From Cirrosporium novae-zelandiae (taxonomy: Eukaryota): a DNA stretch of 64,000 nt. Positions 12,653 to 25,682 of the stretch are shown one piece after another (position 1 is the stretch's first letter; each line of letters begins with the position of its first letter). Below the pieces are notes generated by a model. That model saw nothing but the letters and a program-made list of their open reading frames with translations. It did no database searches and was not told where the DNA came from. Location: NCBI GenBank assembly GCA_026023565.1, contig JAPETS010000020.1, positions 248,001-312,000 of the forward strand. Reading direction: 5' to 3'. The translations under genes were made by a program, and so were the position numbers.

Positions 12653-14722
12653 ATGTCTGCCTCTGAACCTACGACACGCTCACTAGGAGCAGTTTATCGC
12701 AAATCAATTCACCCGCAAGAAGTATGATATTCCTGATCCGAACCCGTTCCTTTCCCTTCGCTAGACCAGCAGGGCTTCAACTTGACACTCATCATTCTCT
12801 CTACTCCACAGGTTCAGCCACCTCTCAAACCAGCACCAGACCTCGGTTTCGAGAGTCGAGTCCTCGATGGCGGCAAAGTTCTCTTTGAAAAAGACTACGC
12901 CATCCCCATGCGCGATGGAATTACCCTATACGCTGACGTATACCGTCCCATATCAATCCTCAAAACTCCCACCATCGTTCTCTTTGCTCCTTTTGGCAAG
13001 CATGGAGCCGTTCCCAGAGAAAAGTTCAAGAACATGGATGTAGATTTTTCAAAGCTGAGCAAATATACATATTGGGAGCTTCCAGATCCACTACTCTGGT
13101 GCGGGGAGTACGGGTATTCTCTGATATCTGTGGATCCGAGGGGTACATGGTGGAGTGAGGGCTCGGAGGCGAATTATCTGTCGCCGGAGGAGGGCAGGGA
13201 TGGGTATGATGTTGTTGAGTGGGTTGCGCGGCAGGAATGGTAGGTATACAGTTTGGGGTGCTCAAGTAATTTCTTAGTTGCGTTTATACCTTCCAATGAG
13301 TCCTCCCTCCCACTCAATAGCAGAGAAACGTTTTTTTCATTGTCAAGTACACAGTCTAACCCAGAACCAGGTCCACCGGTAAAGTCGGCTGGGGTGCAGT
13401 CTCTTACTATGCCATGTCAATCTATCAAACTGCAGTCCTCCGTCCCCCACACCTTGCGGCCATCATGCCCTGGGAAGGCATCTCGGACCTCTACCGCGAA
13501 GTCAATACCGTCGGTGGCATTCCCAACGTCCCTTTCCAACACCTTTGGATGGACATGACGGGAAACGGGCTCCGAGAAAGCGAGGACCACGCTGTTGCTA
13601 GCATCGAGCACCCGCTCTACGATGAGTGGTGGCAATCAAAAGTTGTGGATTGGAGTAAAATTGATGTGCCCGCGTTTTCGGTTACCGGGTGGTCGAGTCT
13701 AGGGCTGCATTTGAGGGGGACGATTGAAGCGTGGAAATATTTCTCATCGAAGAATAAGTACCTTCTGATCCACGTACGCAGCATCCTTGAATATTTTCAC
13801 TTCCAAATCTCGTTATCACCTAAACAAAGCTCAATCCAATAACCCTCAACATGGATGAACCGAAACTAACCCACCACTTCCCACCCTCCAGGCCGGCCGC
13901 GAATGGAGCGAGTACTACAAAGCGGAAAACATCCACAAACAAAAACTCTTCTGGGACCGCTTCCTCAAGTCCACACCCAACGAAGTCGACTCCTGGCCAC
14001 CGGTACAATACGACGTCCGCACGAACCTCACCAACTTCACCCGACACACCAGCCTCACCTTCCCTCCCCCCTCCACCCTAACCACCTTTACCCTATCCAA
14101 AAACACCTTAACACCGCTCAACGACCTAGCAGCAGCAACAAAAACACCACCAGCAAGCTACCAATCCTACCAATCCCACCGTCCCACCTCCTCAGTATCC
14201 TTCTCCCACACCTTCCAATACCGCACCGAAATAACCGGCCACGCCGCCGCAAAACTCCACATCCAATGCCTACACTATCCAGACACAGATCTCTATCTCA
14301 CCCTTCAAAAACTCGTTCCCATGTCCCCCCGTCATAATAACCACCAACCCCAACCCCAATACCAAGAAACAAAATTCCACAACCGAACCCAAACCGCCTC
14401 TGCTTCCGCCGCCCACGGCTGGCTCCGCCTCTCCCACCGCACTCTCGACCCCAAAGCCTCAACCCCATCCCTCCCAATCCACCTACATCAAAAACGCCTT
14501 TGGGTACGTCCTTGCGATGTTGTGGAGGTGCAGGTGGAGTTGTGGCCCAGTAGTACGGTTTGGGAAAGGGGGGAGGTGATGAGGTTGGTTGTTAAGGGGG
14601 CGGGGGACGAGGAAGGGGAGGATAGAACGGTGGTTAAGGGACCGAGACATGGGTTTGGGGAGGTTAGGGTTTGGTTTGGGGAGGGGTTTGAGAGTGGGGT
14701 TGTTGTGCCTGTTGTGGGGTAA
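12653..14722 (+). CDS. CocE/NonD family hydrolase (peptidase S15 / X-Pro dipeptidyl-peptidase-like); exons 12653-12721, 12812-13239, 13371-13773, 13892-14722
   Basis: IPMRDGITLYADVYRP, DPRG, DGYDVVEWVARQEWSTGKVG..SYYA (nucleophile Ser), LHLRGTIEAW and a C-terminal GWLRLSHR PepX_C-like region. Three GT-AG introns restore a single frame. Confidence 0.9.
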
Positions 14723-14779
14723 GGGGGAGGTAATAAAGAGGGGGAGGGTTTAGTTGGAGGTTAGAAGTAAAAAGAGTGG

Positions 14780-15445
14780 TGATGGATTGGTTTTTTTTTT
14801 GGAAGGGGAGGGATGGGAAGAAAAGGGGAGAGGAGAGGAGGGTCAAAGGAGAGGAGAAGGGAAAAAAAAAAAGGGAGGAAATATTTTTTCGACCTTGGAT
14901 ATTCCCCATTCTATCCTAGATTAGAAGTAAGTAAGTGAGTGAGTGAGTGAGTGTGTGGGTTCCTAATCCATACTTACATATACTCATAACCCATATTTAT
15001 ATCTATAGAAAAGCCTCCCCCCCCCTTTCCTCTTTCTTTCCCTCTCTCTCTCTAGATATAACCTTTTCTATTTTTTTTTTTCTTAAAGTCTCCCTATAAG
15101 TGTATTTAGTTTGTAGATTGTAAGAACTAGATAGATGAAAGATATAAAGGAAAGAAGGAAGGGGAAATCAGTTATTGATGTATGGAAAACGTTGGATGGA
15201 ATGTATAAATGGATAATTAGGTGGATGAGTATATATATATATATATATATCCTATATATAACATGAATCAAACAAACTACTATAAAAGATACCACAAAAA
15301 AAAAGGGACAAGGGAAAGGATTTGTTGGTTAGTTGGTTTAGTTGATCGGATTGGTTTTAGAAGAGGAAGAGGAAGAGGAAGAGGAACAAGTCGATATATA
15401 TATATATATATATACATCTACATCTATCTATCTATATATAAAAGG
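14780..15445. repeat. Low-complexity microsatellite block: (TA)n, (GAAGAG)n, (GAGT)n, poly-A/T
   Basis: Directly visible simple repeats. Confidence 0.8.
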
Positions 15446-16758
15446 GGCGCCATTTGTATCCTCCCGTATCCTCCATTTCATATCCTGTGTCTAAGCTTGA
15501 GCTGTCAGTGGTGTTTGGCAGTGGTAGTGGTGGTGATGGTGAAAACTATTAGAAAGTAACCCAGCACTCTTACCCATTTACCCAACCAATCCAATAACCC
15601 CCAATAGCCCAAAAAAGGGACATGCTACTTTGAGCAGATATGGATATCATACCCCAATACCCCAATACCCCATACCCAGTGTTAAGATATACAACGGAAC
15701 CGACCTAGATAGAATTAACCAACCCAGTAGAATGTTCAATGAGAGTTTTTAATTGCAAGCCCTCAGTTGTCACACTCTCTGGGTATGGTAATGGTATCCG
15801 CACGTTCCTTTTTAGCTTGCCTTCCCACACTGAGCTTCCGATTGAACTTGCAACCAAGGCTTGTTAAAATATAAATAATATATAAACCCGAGCTACGTAC
15901 GGCGTAACAAACAAGTTTTGATAAAAAAAATATTTTTTTAATCAGAAAACTCGGTAGAATAATACTTACTTGGTGCGAATTTTAGATCCAAGTCTTAAGG
16001 TGTGACCTTGGGGAGAAGCGTAGGTGGAAGGTCAGTCAGTGCAAGTTCAGTTAGAAGTTCAGTCACAATCTCAATCAGAATTGTAATTCATAATAATAGA
16101 AAAAATGGGGTTGGTGAAGTGAAGTGGCGTGGCGTGGAATGAATGAAGTGGGAAGGAGATTTTTGGTGGGTAACCAACTCAACTCTAGGAAGGTTACGTT
16201 ACGTTACGTTACCCTAGACGTTTTTTTTTTTTATAAATTATTATTTCTAGATTGAATGGATAAATGTAGAACCGAACCGGATTACTCGTCTGATTATCAA
16301 AAAGGCCACTTTACTACCTTGTACTTCCGAAAGATTTACCTAGAGTAGAGGAAAGTAAACCACACCACAACGCAACCAAATAGGTCATCCAATATAACAA
16401 ACCAACCTGAGCAGTTTTTACAAGTCTTATCGTCTACAAAGGCAAAAAAAAGTGTCAAAAAATTAATGTTATAGAATTCCACCAGACAAAAGTGGTTATT
16501 TGTCCCAATTATATACAGAGAAAAAGGCACATGTGTGTATCTAAAAAACCAAGAAACCGCAATGCTGTCCAAAACAACAACCCTAAAAAATGGCCTCCCG
16601 AGAGTGCGAAAAACACACCCCCTCTCTTGATCTCTGAAATAATGGAACACACTTTGAAAAACCACTTCGGGTGGCTTTTTAAAAAAAATCCACACACATC
16701 TTATCTTTCACAGATCAGATTCGGATATATAGGGATTTGAAAAGATTTTCCAATTCGT

Positions 16759-17703
16759 CTAGCTGCTGGACCAATCGATGACGGCATATAGGGTAACCGA
16801 GCCTGCAGCAAGGTTTCCACCGATACCACCCTCATCGGCGAGAGCAGCAGTGTAGGCGTTTGAGACGGTGCCGCTGGTGCCATCGATGGAGGAGCAAGTG
16901 TCACCGTCGGAAGTGCAGATCTTCATTCCCTGGACGGTGGCATCGGCGTTCTGGGCCTGGATGGCAGAGACATCAAAGCCGGACCACTCATCGTTGGAGG
17001 TGTTTCCGAAATCGAATTCACCCCATGTGCAGTCATATGAGCCGTAGTCGTTGGTGGGGAGGGAGTCGCCCTTGGCGGCACCCCAGCCACCTTGAGAGTT
17101 CTCGTCGAAGGCGACCCAGACGGTTTCGCCAGCAGAGAGGGTGAAGTTTACGGCGGAGTGGCCGTACCAGCCGTCCATGAGACCATCAGGACCGATCTTA
17201 TTCCAGATGGAGACGAACCAGTCTTCGCTGTTGGAGCCGGTGAAACGGACGGTGTATTTGTAGGAGCTTGCCTTCGCCGCGGTGACGGTGATGATGTTGG
17301 AGCCCCATGGGTCTCCGACGTTGCCGACATAGGTGTCAACGTCGCTGGTGGTGGTTGAGGAGGTACGGGATCCGAAGCCGTCAGTGCAATAAGAACCTGA
17401 GGAAGATCCAGTGGTGGAGGAGCCCGAGGAGGCAGTCGCATCGCTAACGATGGAGGCGGCGGCTGAGGTGACTTCGCTGACGACTGAGGATACAACTGAA
17501 GCAGCAACGTCTTCAACGACTGCGGCTGCGGTGACCTCGCCACTGTAGGAGTTTACCCAAGAGACTACTTCACCGTTGATGGTGGCGGTGACCATGTCGC
17601 CAACAGCACGTTCTTCATGGTGATGACGGTGCTTGTGGGAGCGGGCGACGGCGGTGCTGGCACCCAAGGCGGTGAGCACGAGGAGGGAGTTCTTCAACTG
17701 CAT
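16759..17703 (-). CDS. Secreted Asp f 4 allergen-like protein
   Basis: Signal peptide MQLKNSLLVLTALGASTAVA, a His-rich stretch, VTATINGEVVSWVN, a Ser/Thr linker, YVGNVGDPWGSN, WNKIGPDG, FDENSQGGW, TWGEFDF and SGFDVSAIQ. Single exon. Confidence 0.9.
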   Translation of the reverse strand: MQLKNSLLVLTALGASTAVARSHKHRHHHEERAVGDMVTATINGEVVSWVNSYSGEVTAAAVVEDVAASVVSSVVSEVTSAAASIVSDATASSGSSTTGSSSGSYCTDGFGSRTSSTTTSDVDTYVGNVGDPWGSNIITVTAAKASSYKYTVRFTGSNSEDWFVSIWNKIGPDGLMDGWYGHSAVNFTLSAGETVWVAFDENSQGGWGAAKGDSLPTNDYGSYDCTWGEFDFGNTSNDEWSGFDVSAIQAQNADATVQGMKICTSDGDTCSSIDGTSGTVSNAYTAALADEGGIGGNLAAGSVTLYAVIDWSSS

Positions 17704-20149
17704 AGTGATGGTTGTCTGATTAAGGGGTATCACTGTTTGGGATTCTCTGAGAAGTAACTGCGGAAGAATGGTACAACGAAGAGTACACTGCCGTTAATAT
17801 AGAGAGCGTGTGTGTGCTGTCAAAAGGAGTGACTGTTGAGCAATAAACAAAAAAAACCAATGCTCGGTGAAAAGCAATTGCCTTGAACTGATGGAGAAGG
17901 AAGGCCGGTGGAGTATGCAGTAAAGAGTGAGGCCAGAAAACAGTGGGGAGTTGGAGAGAAGAAAAAGGAAGAAGAGGTGAGGGTGAAAGGAGGGAATTGC
18001 GGCCTGGGGATTCGCCATCGAGGCCACGAAGCGTGCCCATGGCTTCTTTGCTAGTCGGCTTTCTGTACCTTCGCTGTAAGGCTATTTGGCCAATGCCAGT
18101 GCAAGAGAGAGCTGAGATCGCGGGTGCGGAGTGGAGAGCAGAATCAAAGAAGCCGAAATGGGTTTACTCCGTGGTTTCGACTTTGGGAGTGGGTTCCTAG
18201 TCCACGTAATTTATGGCCCTAGCAGGCTTAGCACAGACCAGCCAAGACGTGCTTTTAGAAGCTGTCGAGTAGAATCTTTTAAGATTGGGTCAGTCGTTGG
18301 CGACGACAGCAAGACAACATCTTTCTGCCATCAATCATACAACATCTGGGTCCATCTTGTTTGGAAAAGCTGAGAGAATGGCGGCTAGGGAAATGAAGGT
18401 GATGGGATTATCCTCTGAATTGTTGAGGGGGGAGAAGCATTGTCAGCCCGGGTTGTCTAAGAAAAGAAGTTCCAACTTCTGGAAATGAAGATTTCTATTC
18501 TCAAGGAAAGTCTCTCCAGTCGAAGGGTTAATCTCCAAATCTGCTGTTTCAAACAATGCAGAGTTTTAGTGTTCAGGGGTTAAAAGGTGCACTAATGTAT
18601 AAACAGGTAAAGTCAGGTACAACTTTGAAAGACTAAAGCATCAATAGCCTCGACTGAGAAATTAACACAAATGAAGATTGAGCAGGCTAGGCAGGGCCAT
18701 TGTCCAATCAGAACTGAAAACTCAAAGCAAATCCTTGTTGAGATTGTGACGCCCATGGTAATATTAGTCTTATCTTAAGAGAGATAAGTATAGAAGTATA
18801 TTGTTGTCCTGACCACACCAAGACAGCACCACAAAGAAAATGAAATGAGGGACGCGAAAAGAAGTCGACGAATCTTTGTTCACTGGAAGTAAAATCAACA
18901 ATGAAATTTCCGAATCACGAATCTCTCGACAACATGGCAACATAACTCTTTGTTGGTTGTAAATTGTAACTGTGTGCGTATACTACACGGTACTTGAGTC
19001 TTATTGTTAGTCCCGAATGGCTATTTACGCGGTAAATGGAACTTGGAAGCGACCGGTTGCGTTTTCTATGCCTGTACTATTGCACTGTGTGTTATGGACA
19101 GCCACATCAAGCATAAGACCAGGCATGGATTTCTTTCCCACAGTGCCACATCATGAAAAGGCGCGATGGAATGATCAAAACCTTACCGGCTGCCAGGGGG
19201 AAATTTCATCTCGAGCTAGAACAACCTAACAAGGCCCTTAGAGCATGTCATGCTATCGGCTTCATATCAGGGTTGGATATCACCCATGCACGCCCTTGAT
19301 TATTTTGACAATTCTGACAATTCTTGTATGACTTCGGGTCAAACTTGTCGTACAAATTTGTTGCAGATTCTAGTGACCCGATGCATGTTTCTTGCCTTGA
19401 TCATTCCATGCTTCGAGCTTCTTATGCTGTTCATCTATACAGAGATATATATATTGGGTAGAGCGGGGTCCCTCAGTGGGTAGATTATAAGAATGTATAA
19501 GAATAGTCGACTTTTAAATTGAAAGATCTTCCTGGATCTTTCAAACCTCTAAGAAGCGAACCATTTCGGTCGAGTCCTGACGAGGGTTTCGCCCTGGTCC
19601 CCTTCCCCAGCTTGCCCTGTTCTATCTATATCAGAGTGGTACTATACTCTAGAGTAACGGTAACCTTTATATATGTAGTACCTAAGTTGCAAGGTTATTG
19701 CTTTAGTAAATTAATCGATTAGTTAGTCATTCATCGATGCAATAGTAAGCTAAATATATCACCATCTTCCTTGTATTTCGTCCCTAGAAGAGCCTTGGGT
19801 GTAAATCACTTACTGGGTGCAGTAACCTGCAAAGGCCTACCTGGAACAATGTCTTTCTTCTATGCCACAGATGTATAATGATTGTGAGATCCGCGATAGT
19901 GGGGCCGATATAGGCATCTCGGGCGGGCAAGTAGTCTACAGTGTTGCAACGTCCAGCCAGTCTTTTCCTTGCTCCCGATAGATCCTTCAATCATCATGAT
20001 TGTAGACTTGTAGAATTTTAATATTTACCTGAACGTTCCTGAAGTAGCCGGTTTCCGCCCGCTGAATGCGTTTTTACTGTATATCTGCAACAGTGCATTA
20101 GGGTCCACTCTACAGTATAATCCTCAAACCAGACTCAACGTGACAAATT

Positions 20150-20665
20150 CTAGAAGTCTGTCACACGTCCATTATAGCTCCAGTCTCCACTAGATCCCCA
20201 TCTTAAAGGCTCATTCTTGGGTCCTCCAACCTCCCCCGTTTTGGGGTTCACCTCTCCTTCAAATTCCGGTGGTGCTCCTCTTCTAACATTTGGATGTAGT
20301 TCCTCTCCATCGCCTTCTGCAGCAAATTCTGGCGTCGCAGACTTCACTCCATCTTTCGACTTCGCAGATACAGAGGAGTTGGCCGGTGATTGATTGATTC
20401 TGCCGCCATCTGCTTCTTCGGTCGCCGAAGGGAGAGGTACATCTGGGGATTCATTGATTCCAGGAACAGCGTGCGGCGTACTGAATGCACCAGTGGATGA
20501 TTCTTGTAAACGTTCAAAAATTTCTTGTTCTTCTTTCGGAAGACGCGGGGGTGCCGGATGAGGGGCGAATGGGGGAGTTGAGTTAAGATAAGTGACGGAT
20601 GTAGAAAGATAACGTTGATGGAGAAAACGGCGAGAGAGACGAAGGTATGGACGAGGGAAAGACAT
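20150..20665 (-). CDS. SDH8: Succinate dehydrogenase assembly factor 4 (DUF1674), mitochondrial
   Basis: Arg/Ser-rich presequence, PPRLPKEEQEIFE and the C-terminal signature GEVGGPKNEPLRWG..GDWSYNGRVTDF. Confidence 0.92.
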   Translation of the reverse strand: MSFPRPYLRLSRRFLHQRYLSTSVTYLNSTPPFAPHPAPPRLPKEEQEIFERLQESSTGAFSTPHAVPGINESPDVPLPSATEEADGGRINQSPANSSVSAKSKDGVKSATPEFAAEGDGEELHPNVRRGAPPEFEGEVNPKTGEVGGPKNEPLRWGSSGDWSYNGRVTDF

Positions 20666-20829
20666 GATGAATCGTTAATGAAGTTAAAAATTATCAAGTC
20701 AAATATGATATTTATTGGAGTGAGTGATTAAAAGTAGGATGGAATGAATGTATTAGAACTTGAGTGGTGGAGGGGCTTTGATTTATGGGGGCAATTGGGG
20801 GGGTCTCCACCTATGAAGCAAAATCACGG

Positions 20830-20892
20830 GCGATAAGACGATAAAGGAAAGCTCCAAAAATTCCAAGGTGCCGACTTCGCAGTTATGACTCC
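20830..20892. promoter_or_regulatory. Putative GATA sites (GATAAG/GATAAA, about 20832-20845) and a Gcn4/CpcA-type site ATGACTC (20885-20891) in the SDH8-ARG8 divergent promoter
   Basis: The motifs are visible in the 314-bp intergenic gap. ARG genes are established cross-pathway-control targets. Function here is inferred. Confidence 0.5.
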
Positions 20893-20979
20893 ATCAGTCC
20901 TTGGCTTCATCCACTATTTATGTCTAATTATTTTGTCAATTGAGGTTCAAGTTCTGTAGTGTTTCTCTATATCTCTAAA

Positions 20980-22537
20980 ATGGCTATGCGACTTCCCTCT
21001 AGTCGTCTGGTGGCCTCCTTGACCTCCAAGCTTCCTGCGGTTGAGCATAGACTCATCAAGAGGTTTGCTTCTACCTCTCCGGCAGCGTCCGTCTCAAGTA
21101 ATCACCTTGGTGATAAAACTCGAGCGCAGACATCTGTATGTCGAATGTTGACTCTGCTCAAAGTTATCAAAGCTAATATTGGAATGTAGAATCAAGCTTC
21201 CATCTCCAACCCCGATCCTCTTTCCGGTTCACCATCTGCCCAATTATTAAACGAGCATGAAAAATATATGGTTGCTACATATGTCCGTCCCTCACCTGTT
21301 TTTACCAGTGGAGAGGGATGCTATTTATATGATCTTGAGAATCGAAAGTATCTGGACTTTACTGCCGGAATTGCAGTCAATGCTTTAGGCCATTGTGATG
21401 CAGAAGTGTCCAAGATACTTGGACAGCAGGTATACTTGACCTCGTTATCAGTTACTCGGTATAAGAGCTCTACTAACGTTTGATTCCTCTTCCTAGTCAA
21501 AAATCCTCGTACACACATCCAACCTCTACTATAACCCATGGACCTTGGCTCTTTCCAAGCTCCTCGTTGAGACCACTCTTGCCTCTGGTGGCATGCACAA
21601 TGCCTCGCAAGCTTTCATCTGTAACTCTGGTAGTGAAGCCAATGAGGCTGCTCTTAAATTTTCCCGCAAAGTAGCTCGCGTCATTGAACCCTCGGGCTCG
21701 AAATACGAAGTCCTTTCCTTCCATCACTCTTTCCACGGCCGTACTTTTGGCTCTCTTTCTGCAACTCCAACTGCTAAATATCAGAAACCATTTTCACCAA
21801 TGGTACCTGGATTCAACTATGCAGAGTTGAATTGTGGTGCGCAAGAGCTTGAACAACTTATCACAGACAAGACTGCTGCTGTAATAGTCGAACCCATACA
21901 AGGCGAGGGTGGTATTCATGTCGCCACCCCGGAATTCCTTACTGCTCTTCGTGCCCGCTGCACTGCAACAAACACTGTCCTCATCTATGATGAAATTCAG
22001 TGTGGGCTGGGACGCACAGGAAAGCTTTGGGCACACGGCTCCCTTCCCCCTTCGGCTCATCCCGACATTTTCACAACCGCCAAAGCCCTTGGGAATGGAT
22101 TTCCCATTGCTGCGACAATTGTGTCGGGAGATGTAGGCTCGAAGATTAAGCCTGGTGACCACGGAACCACTTTTGGCGGAAACCCGCTTGCTTGCCGTGT
22201 CGCTCATCATGTCTTGAACCGTCTCGCCTCTTCTGAACTGCAATCATCAGTCCTAAGTAGCGAGCAGATCTTCCGCTCTCGTTTTGAAAAACTCATGGAA
22301 AAATATCCCAATACTGTCACTGAAATTCGAGGAAAGGGCCTCTTGTTGGGTCTTCAATTGAGTTGTGATCCCAACCCCATAGTAGCAGCTGCCAGGGAAC
22401 GAGGCTTGCTGGTCATTACGGCTGGAACAAACACATTGAGAATCGTACCGCCATTAATTATTTCCGAAAAAGAGATCAATAAAGGATGCGAGATCTTAGA
22501 AGAGGCTTTGAAGGTGGTTTTGGAAGCACAGCAGTAG
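20980..22537 (+). CDS. ARG8: Acetylornithine aminotransferase, mitochondrial (exons 20980-21135, 21190-21429, 21497-22537)
   Basis: YLDFTAGIAVNALGH, NSGSEANEAALKF, SFHGRT, EPIQGEGG, DEIQCGLGRTG, the PLP lysine in TAKALGNG, and HGTTFGGNPLAC. Two canonical introns. Confidence 0.95.
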
Positions 22538-23563
22538 ATGGCTGAGATATAGGAATATGAAGTTAATGTATACCACTAAAAACGAGCCTCAATCCTTGTG
22601 CAGACAAACAGGTGGACCTTCATAAAACACCTCTGATGCAGAATTCACGGACGAACCAAAGCCATGCCGATATCTAAAACCCTCGTCCAGCTCTCACCTA
22701 TAGTTACGGCCATCCCCAAATCCGCCTTACTAGATGCCTATCACCTTTACAATCCATAGATTTACTATGCGCCTTGCCCCTTACACCCTGAAAATATTTC
22801 TTATTTACCAGAATTTCTTACAAGAATCGTCCTAAAAAGGACATTCGGGATTACATCCGCCCTCCAGACTAAACGCAGTTATGCCTACTTTGATAGCGAT
22901 AAAAGTTATTTTTCTTTTCCCCTAGTCCCCTTTTTAATAGAAATAGAGATATCTATTCTACCCGAAGCAATGTGATGATAAGAAGAGAGTACCCCCTCCA
23001 GAGTGTGAGGGGGTATATTATACTAATCTTACCAACGCAAAACAAATCCCAACTCTAATTCAAGGCATATATACCTATCTGTAAGTTGATTGCTGGTTCT
23101 ATCTCAACTATTACAACTACAGACACGGCCATTATACCCATCCAACCAACAAGCCACCCATATTATATCCCCAACAGAAGGGTGTACATGACAATGAAAT
23201 AGTAATGAAGAAGCAATAAACAAAAACAGTAATTGGGACGGATATGGGGAGGTAATGTGAATTGAAATTCCTTTGGTGGGGGAGGTGGGGGGTGCGTCTT
23301 GACTTGACTTGAGAAGGCCTACGGTAGTTAATTGATTGATTACTTACTAAAAAGAGGTAGACTATATTGAAGTTGGGTTCTTTTTCTTCTGGCTTTTTAG
23401 GAGGTTAGTTTGGAGATGGGATTTTACTTTCTTTGGGACCTGTGTGGGTTGAATGGTTTTTGATATACTATTTTAATGAGGCCTCATTATCGAGGACCCT
23501 TTTCCCTCAAATACTCCCTCTTTCACCGATCCTCTCCATCAATTCCCCTTCATCAAGTATGGC

Positions 23564-24070
23564 TTATGGGCGACTACCGCGGCCTGCTATCTCAAGAAGC
23601 ATCTGAATCAACACCCAGTCCCTGCTATAATTCTCCGCATGAAGAACAAAAGGGGATGGCGGACCATACGCCCCCAGATAAGACCCCATTGGAGGCCAGA
23701 TCTCACAGGACTTGCAACGCCTGTAAAGGGCATTCGCCGATCCACGAACCTTACGTCTATTCTCCTCTGAGAATTTATCGGCTGGGAGATTCTTCAGACA
23801 ATAATAACATGTCAATTTGTCATGTTCGTCTTCCTTTTGGATTTCTTTGGCGTAGGTTGGAAGCATCTCAGCATATCTAAGGTACATAAGTGTACCGATC
23901 GGATAAGGCTTCCTTGCGTCGGCGTATTCGTTGGTGACAATGGTATATAAATACCGGTTGGCTTGTTTTAGAGTCATCAGGACGACTAATGGGAGATATT
24001 TGAAGATCTTATATTGAATTTCGAGGGGTAGAGTGAGGAGACGGCTATTGTGAGGTTAAGCCTGAGACAT
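23564..24070 (-). pseudogene. F-box protein gene with an in-frame TAA at codon 5 (24056-24058)
   Basis: ATG TCT CAG GCT TAA CCT CAC... continues in frame into an F-box motif (LLTLPLEIQYKIFKYL...LKQANRYLYTIV) and CYYC...CKSC. The ORF track starts only at a downstream Met, which removes most of the F-box. Confidence 0.7.
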
Positions 24071-25682
24071 CTTTCTGATTGCGAGTGGTAGTGGAGATGT
24101 GAGCTGCGAGTTGATATGGGAAGTTAGTGGTGAGTTGAGCGGATAGAAGAGGGAAATCATACTTTTATCTGATTCTTGGATGAGTGTGAGAGCTTTGGTG
24201 ATTGCTATTTTGGTTTTTGCGTGGATATTGTTTGTGCGTGGGATGGGGGAGAGAGGAGAGAGGAGAGGAGCAGAGAGAGGAAAGAGATTTAAAAAAGCGA
24301 GTGGACGTAGGTCGGCGTACTGCTGCCTACTTTTGTTTACCTTGAATACATGTACGTATTAGACCTGCTCAATTTCATACCAAGTCCCAAATCTATTCAG
24401 CCCAATTCATCATTCACTAAGTCGTAGGACCTCTGAGATGAAAAAAATGCCAACTAACAAATAAACCATCTCTTAGTCGCTACAGAAAGCAAAAAAAAAA
24501 GGGGGGGGGGTATAAATCAAAATCATGACAAGAAAATGAATAAAAACGAACTACTTCTTCGAGAAATATGATATTTATTCAAAAGAACCCTTACTCTAAA
24601 GCAGCAAAAGTTCAGATACCTTTTAATTTCTCAAGTGTTCTTATGAAAAGCGTCAAAAGGAGGTTTCTTTCTTCGCCCAGCAGGAAACTGACAAGTGCTT
24701 AAGGCCAGATTCGAACCGATGTCTCTGTGGTCATTAATAACTGGGACATTACTTATGGGAGCAAAGCTAGTCGTGGATCTAAAGCTGGTGGGTATGATAA
24801 ACTATAGGAACTTGAGATGCAAAAATTACTGAAAAGTGTAAGGTTTCTTTATGGCCTGGCAAAAAAACGATGTTAATGTGTTAGAAGATGAATGAACAAC
24901 ATAAGTCTCTTATCTTCTCCTCTCTAAACCAAGTTGAGAATAGAAAAACAGTTTCAGCGGTTCGATTTTGCCCCAGGCCTTGACTTTCACAATGCCCATT
25001 GTACGACTCCCCTTTTTCTCTTTCTCTTTATCAACGATGACATTGTGCACGCTGGTCCTAAAATAAGCAGGACTCACAAAACTTGGATCTTCACTATTTG
25101 TGTTGGGGATTAAAAAAAGCATAATGTAAAAAAGGATGCAAGATTTGTAAGAGGAAAAGAGGCAACTAATTATATATTCCCAAAAAAGGTTCTCTGTGCT
25201 CAAAATTAATCCTAATAATGACAAATTACAATTAAACAGAAGAGACAACGACAACAACAACACAACAATTCTATACTTTTGCTCAAAAAATGTTTTTTTT
25301 TTCGGAGGCCGAAAGGTGAGTCGTATAATAATTTAATTTGAAAGCCTTTTTTAAAAGCCTAAAAAAATAAAAATTAATTTTGTTTCAAAAGCCTCCCCAG
25401 GAAAAAAAGAATTTGTGAGTCCTGCTTTATTTTGGGACCTACGTGATTGGTTATTATAAATTTCTTTGTTCTTAAAAAAATAAGTGCCTGCTTTCTTTCA
25501 TTAGAAATAATGCTATTGTTGTCGTAAATTCCTTTGAGGATTTGGTATCCTGTAATACAATGGCATTGTTTCCAAGGGATACCCGTACGCCTATAAGTAT
25601 CTTGCTTGCTTGCCTTTTCCAATATGTTTTTTTTTCTTCAGACACACTCACTCACACACACTTACACACACACACACTCACA

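Noticed and set aside
19576..19600. CTGACGA followed by a small hairpin (hammerhead-like start)
   Set aside because: There is no GAAA after stem II and no stems I or III.
24700..24980. Two GTTCGA T-loop-like motifs (about 24710 minus, about 24960 plus)
   Set aside because: The stems are imperfect and no cloverleaf can be built.
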